Source: Tubulanus polymorphus
Lineage: Eukaryota; Animalia; Nemertea
Direction of reading: 5' to 3'
DNA: 64,000 nucleotides
Assembly (NCBI RefSeq): GCF_964204645.1
Contig: NC_134029.1
Location: forward strand, 7,404,850-7,468,849
Shown piece by piece: positions 63,825 through 64,000 of this stretch. Position 1 is the stretch's first letter, and each line of letters opens with the position of its first letter. Both the position numbers and the translations under genes were made by a program. The notes beneath the pieces are model-generated. The model saw only the letters and a list, made by a program, of their open reading frames with translations. It was not told the origin of the DNA and did no database searches.

Positions 63825-63983
63825 ATAAGATAAAAACCCACTATCTACAGATTAAAAGAATTTCAAAACAAGAATTTATTTATTCGATCTAAAATATATA
63901 GAATACACGACGTTTCGATCTCACCCTAGAGATCATCGTCAGGTGTCATCCTTTAATTTGTAGATAGTGGGTTTTTATCTTAT
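63825..63983 (-). mobile_element. Penelope-like element pseudo-LTR cassette bounded by ~34-bp inverted repeats
   Basis: ataagataaaaacccactatctacagattaaaag (63825-63858) vs reverse complement of 63950-63983 (ataagataaaaacccactatctacaaattaaagg), 2 mismatches; encloses a hammerhead motif and AATAAA on the minus strand. Confidence 0.7.
63905..63946 (-). ncRNA. Minimal type I hammerhead ribozyme
   Basis: Minus strand reads ACAC-CUGACGA-U-GAUCUC-UAGGGU-GAGAUC-GAAAC-GUC-GUGU: conserved CUGANGA and GAAA core, 6-bp stem II, palindromic ACGU stem III, GUC cleavage triplet, stem I ACAC/GUGU. Confidence 0.8.
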
Positions 63984-64000
63984 TATCGGTTCACCACGTT

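Overview
Eukaryotic (animal, probably marine invertebrate/lophotrochozoan-like; taxon is an inference) genomic DNA with spliceosomal introns. The first ~44 kb is gene-dense: 5' part of importin-11 (IPO11, minus, runs off the left edge), an intronless D-2-hydroxyglutarate dehydrogenase (minus), a single-coding-exon F-box/LRR protein (plus), an 8-exon TEX26-like ciliary gene (plus), a 12-coding-exon ARHGAP6/36-family RhoGAP with one GC-AG intron (plus), and NUDCD2 (minus). Exon chains were reconstructed by hand from splice sites and reading-frame phase. The last ~20 kb has no convincing coding exon and looks like a regulatory gene desert with small transposon relics. Many small MITEs, LINE/SINE tails and dispersed repeats are present. 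The most striking non-coding signal is a minimal type I hammerhead ribozyme inside a ~34-bp inverted-repeat cassette (Penelope-like pLTR) at 63.8-64.0 kb. No CRISPR, rRNA or intact tRNA gene was seen.
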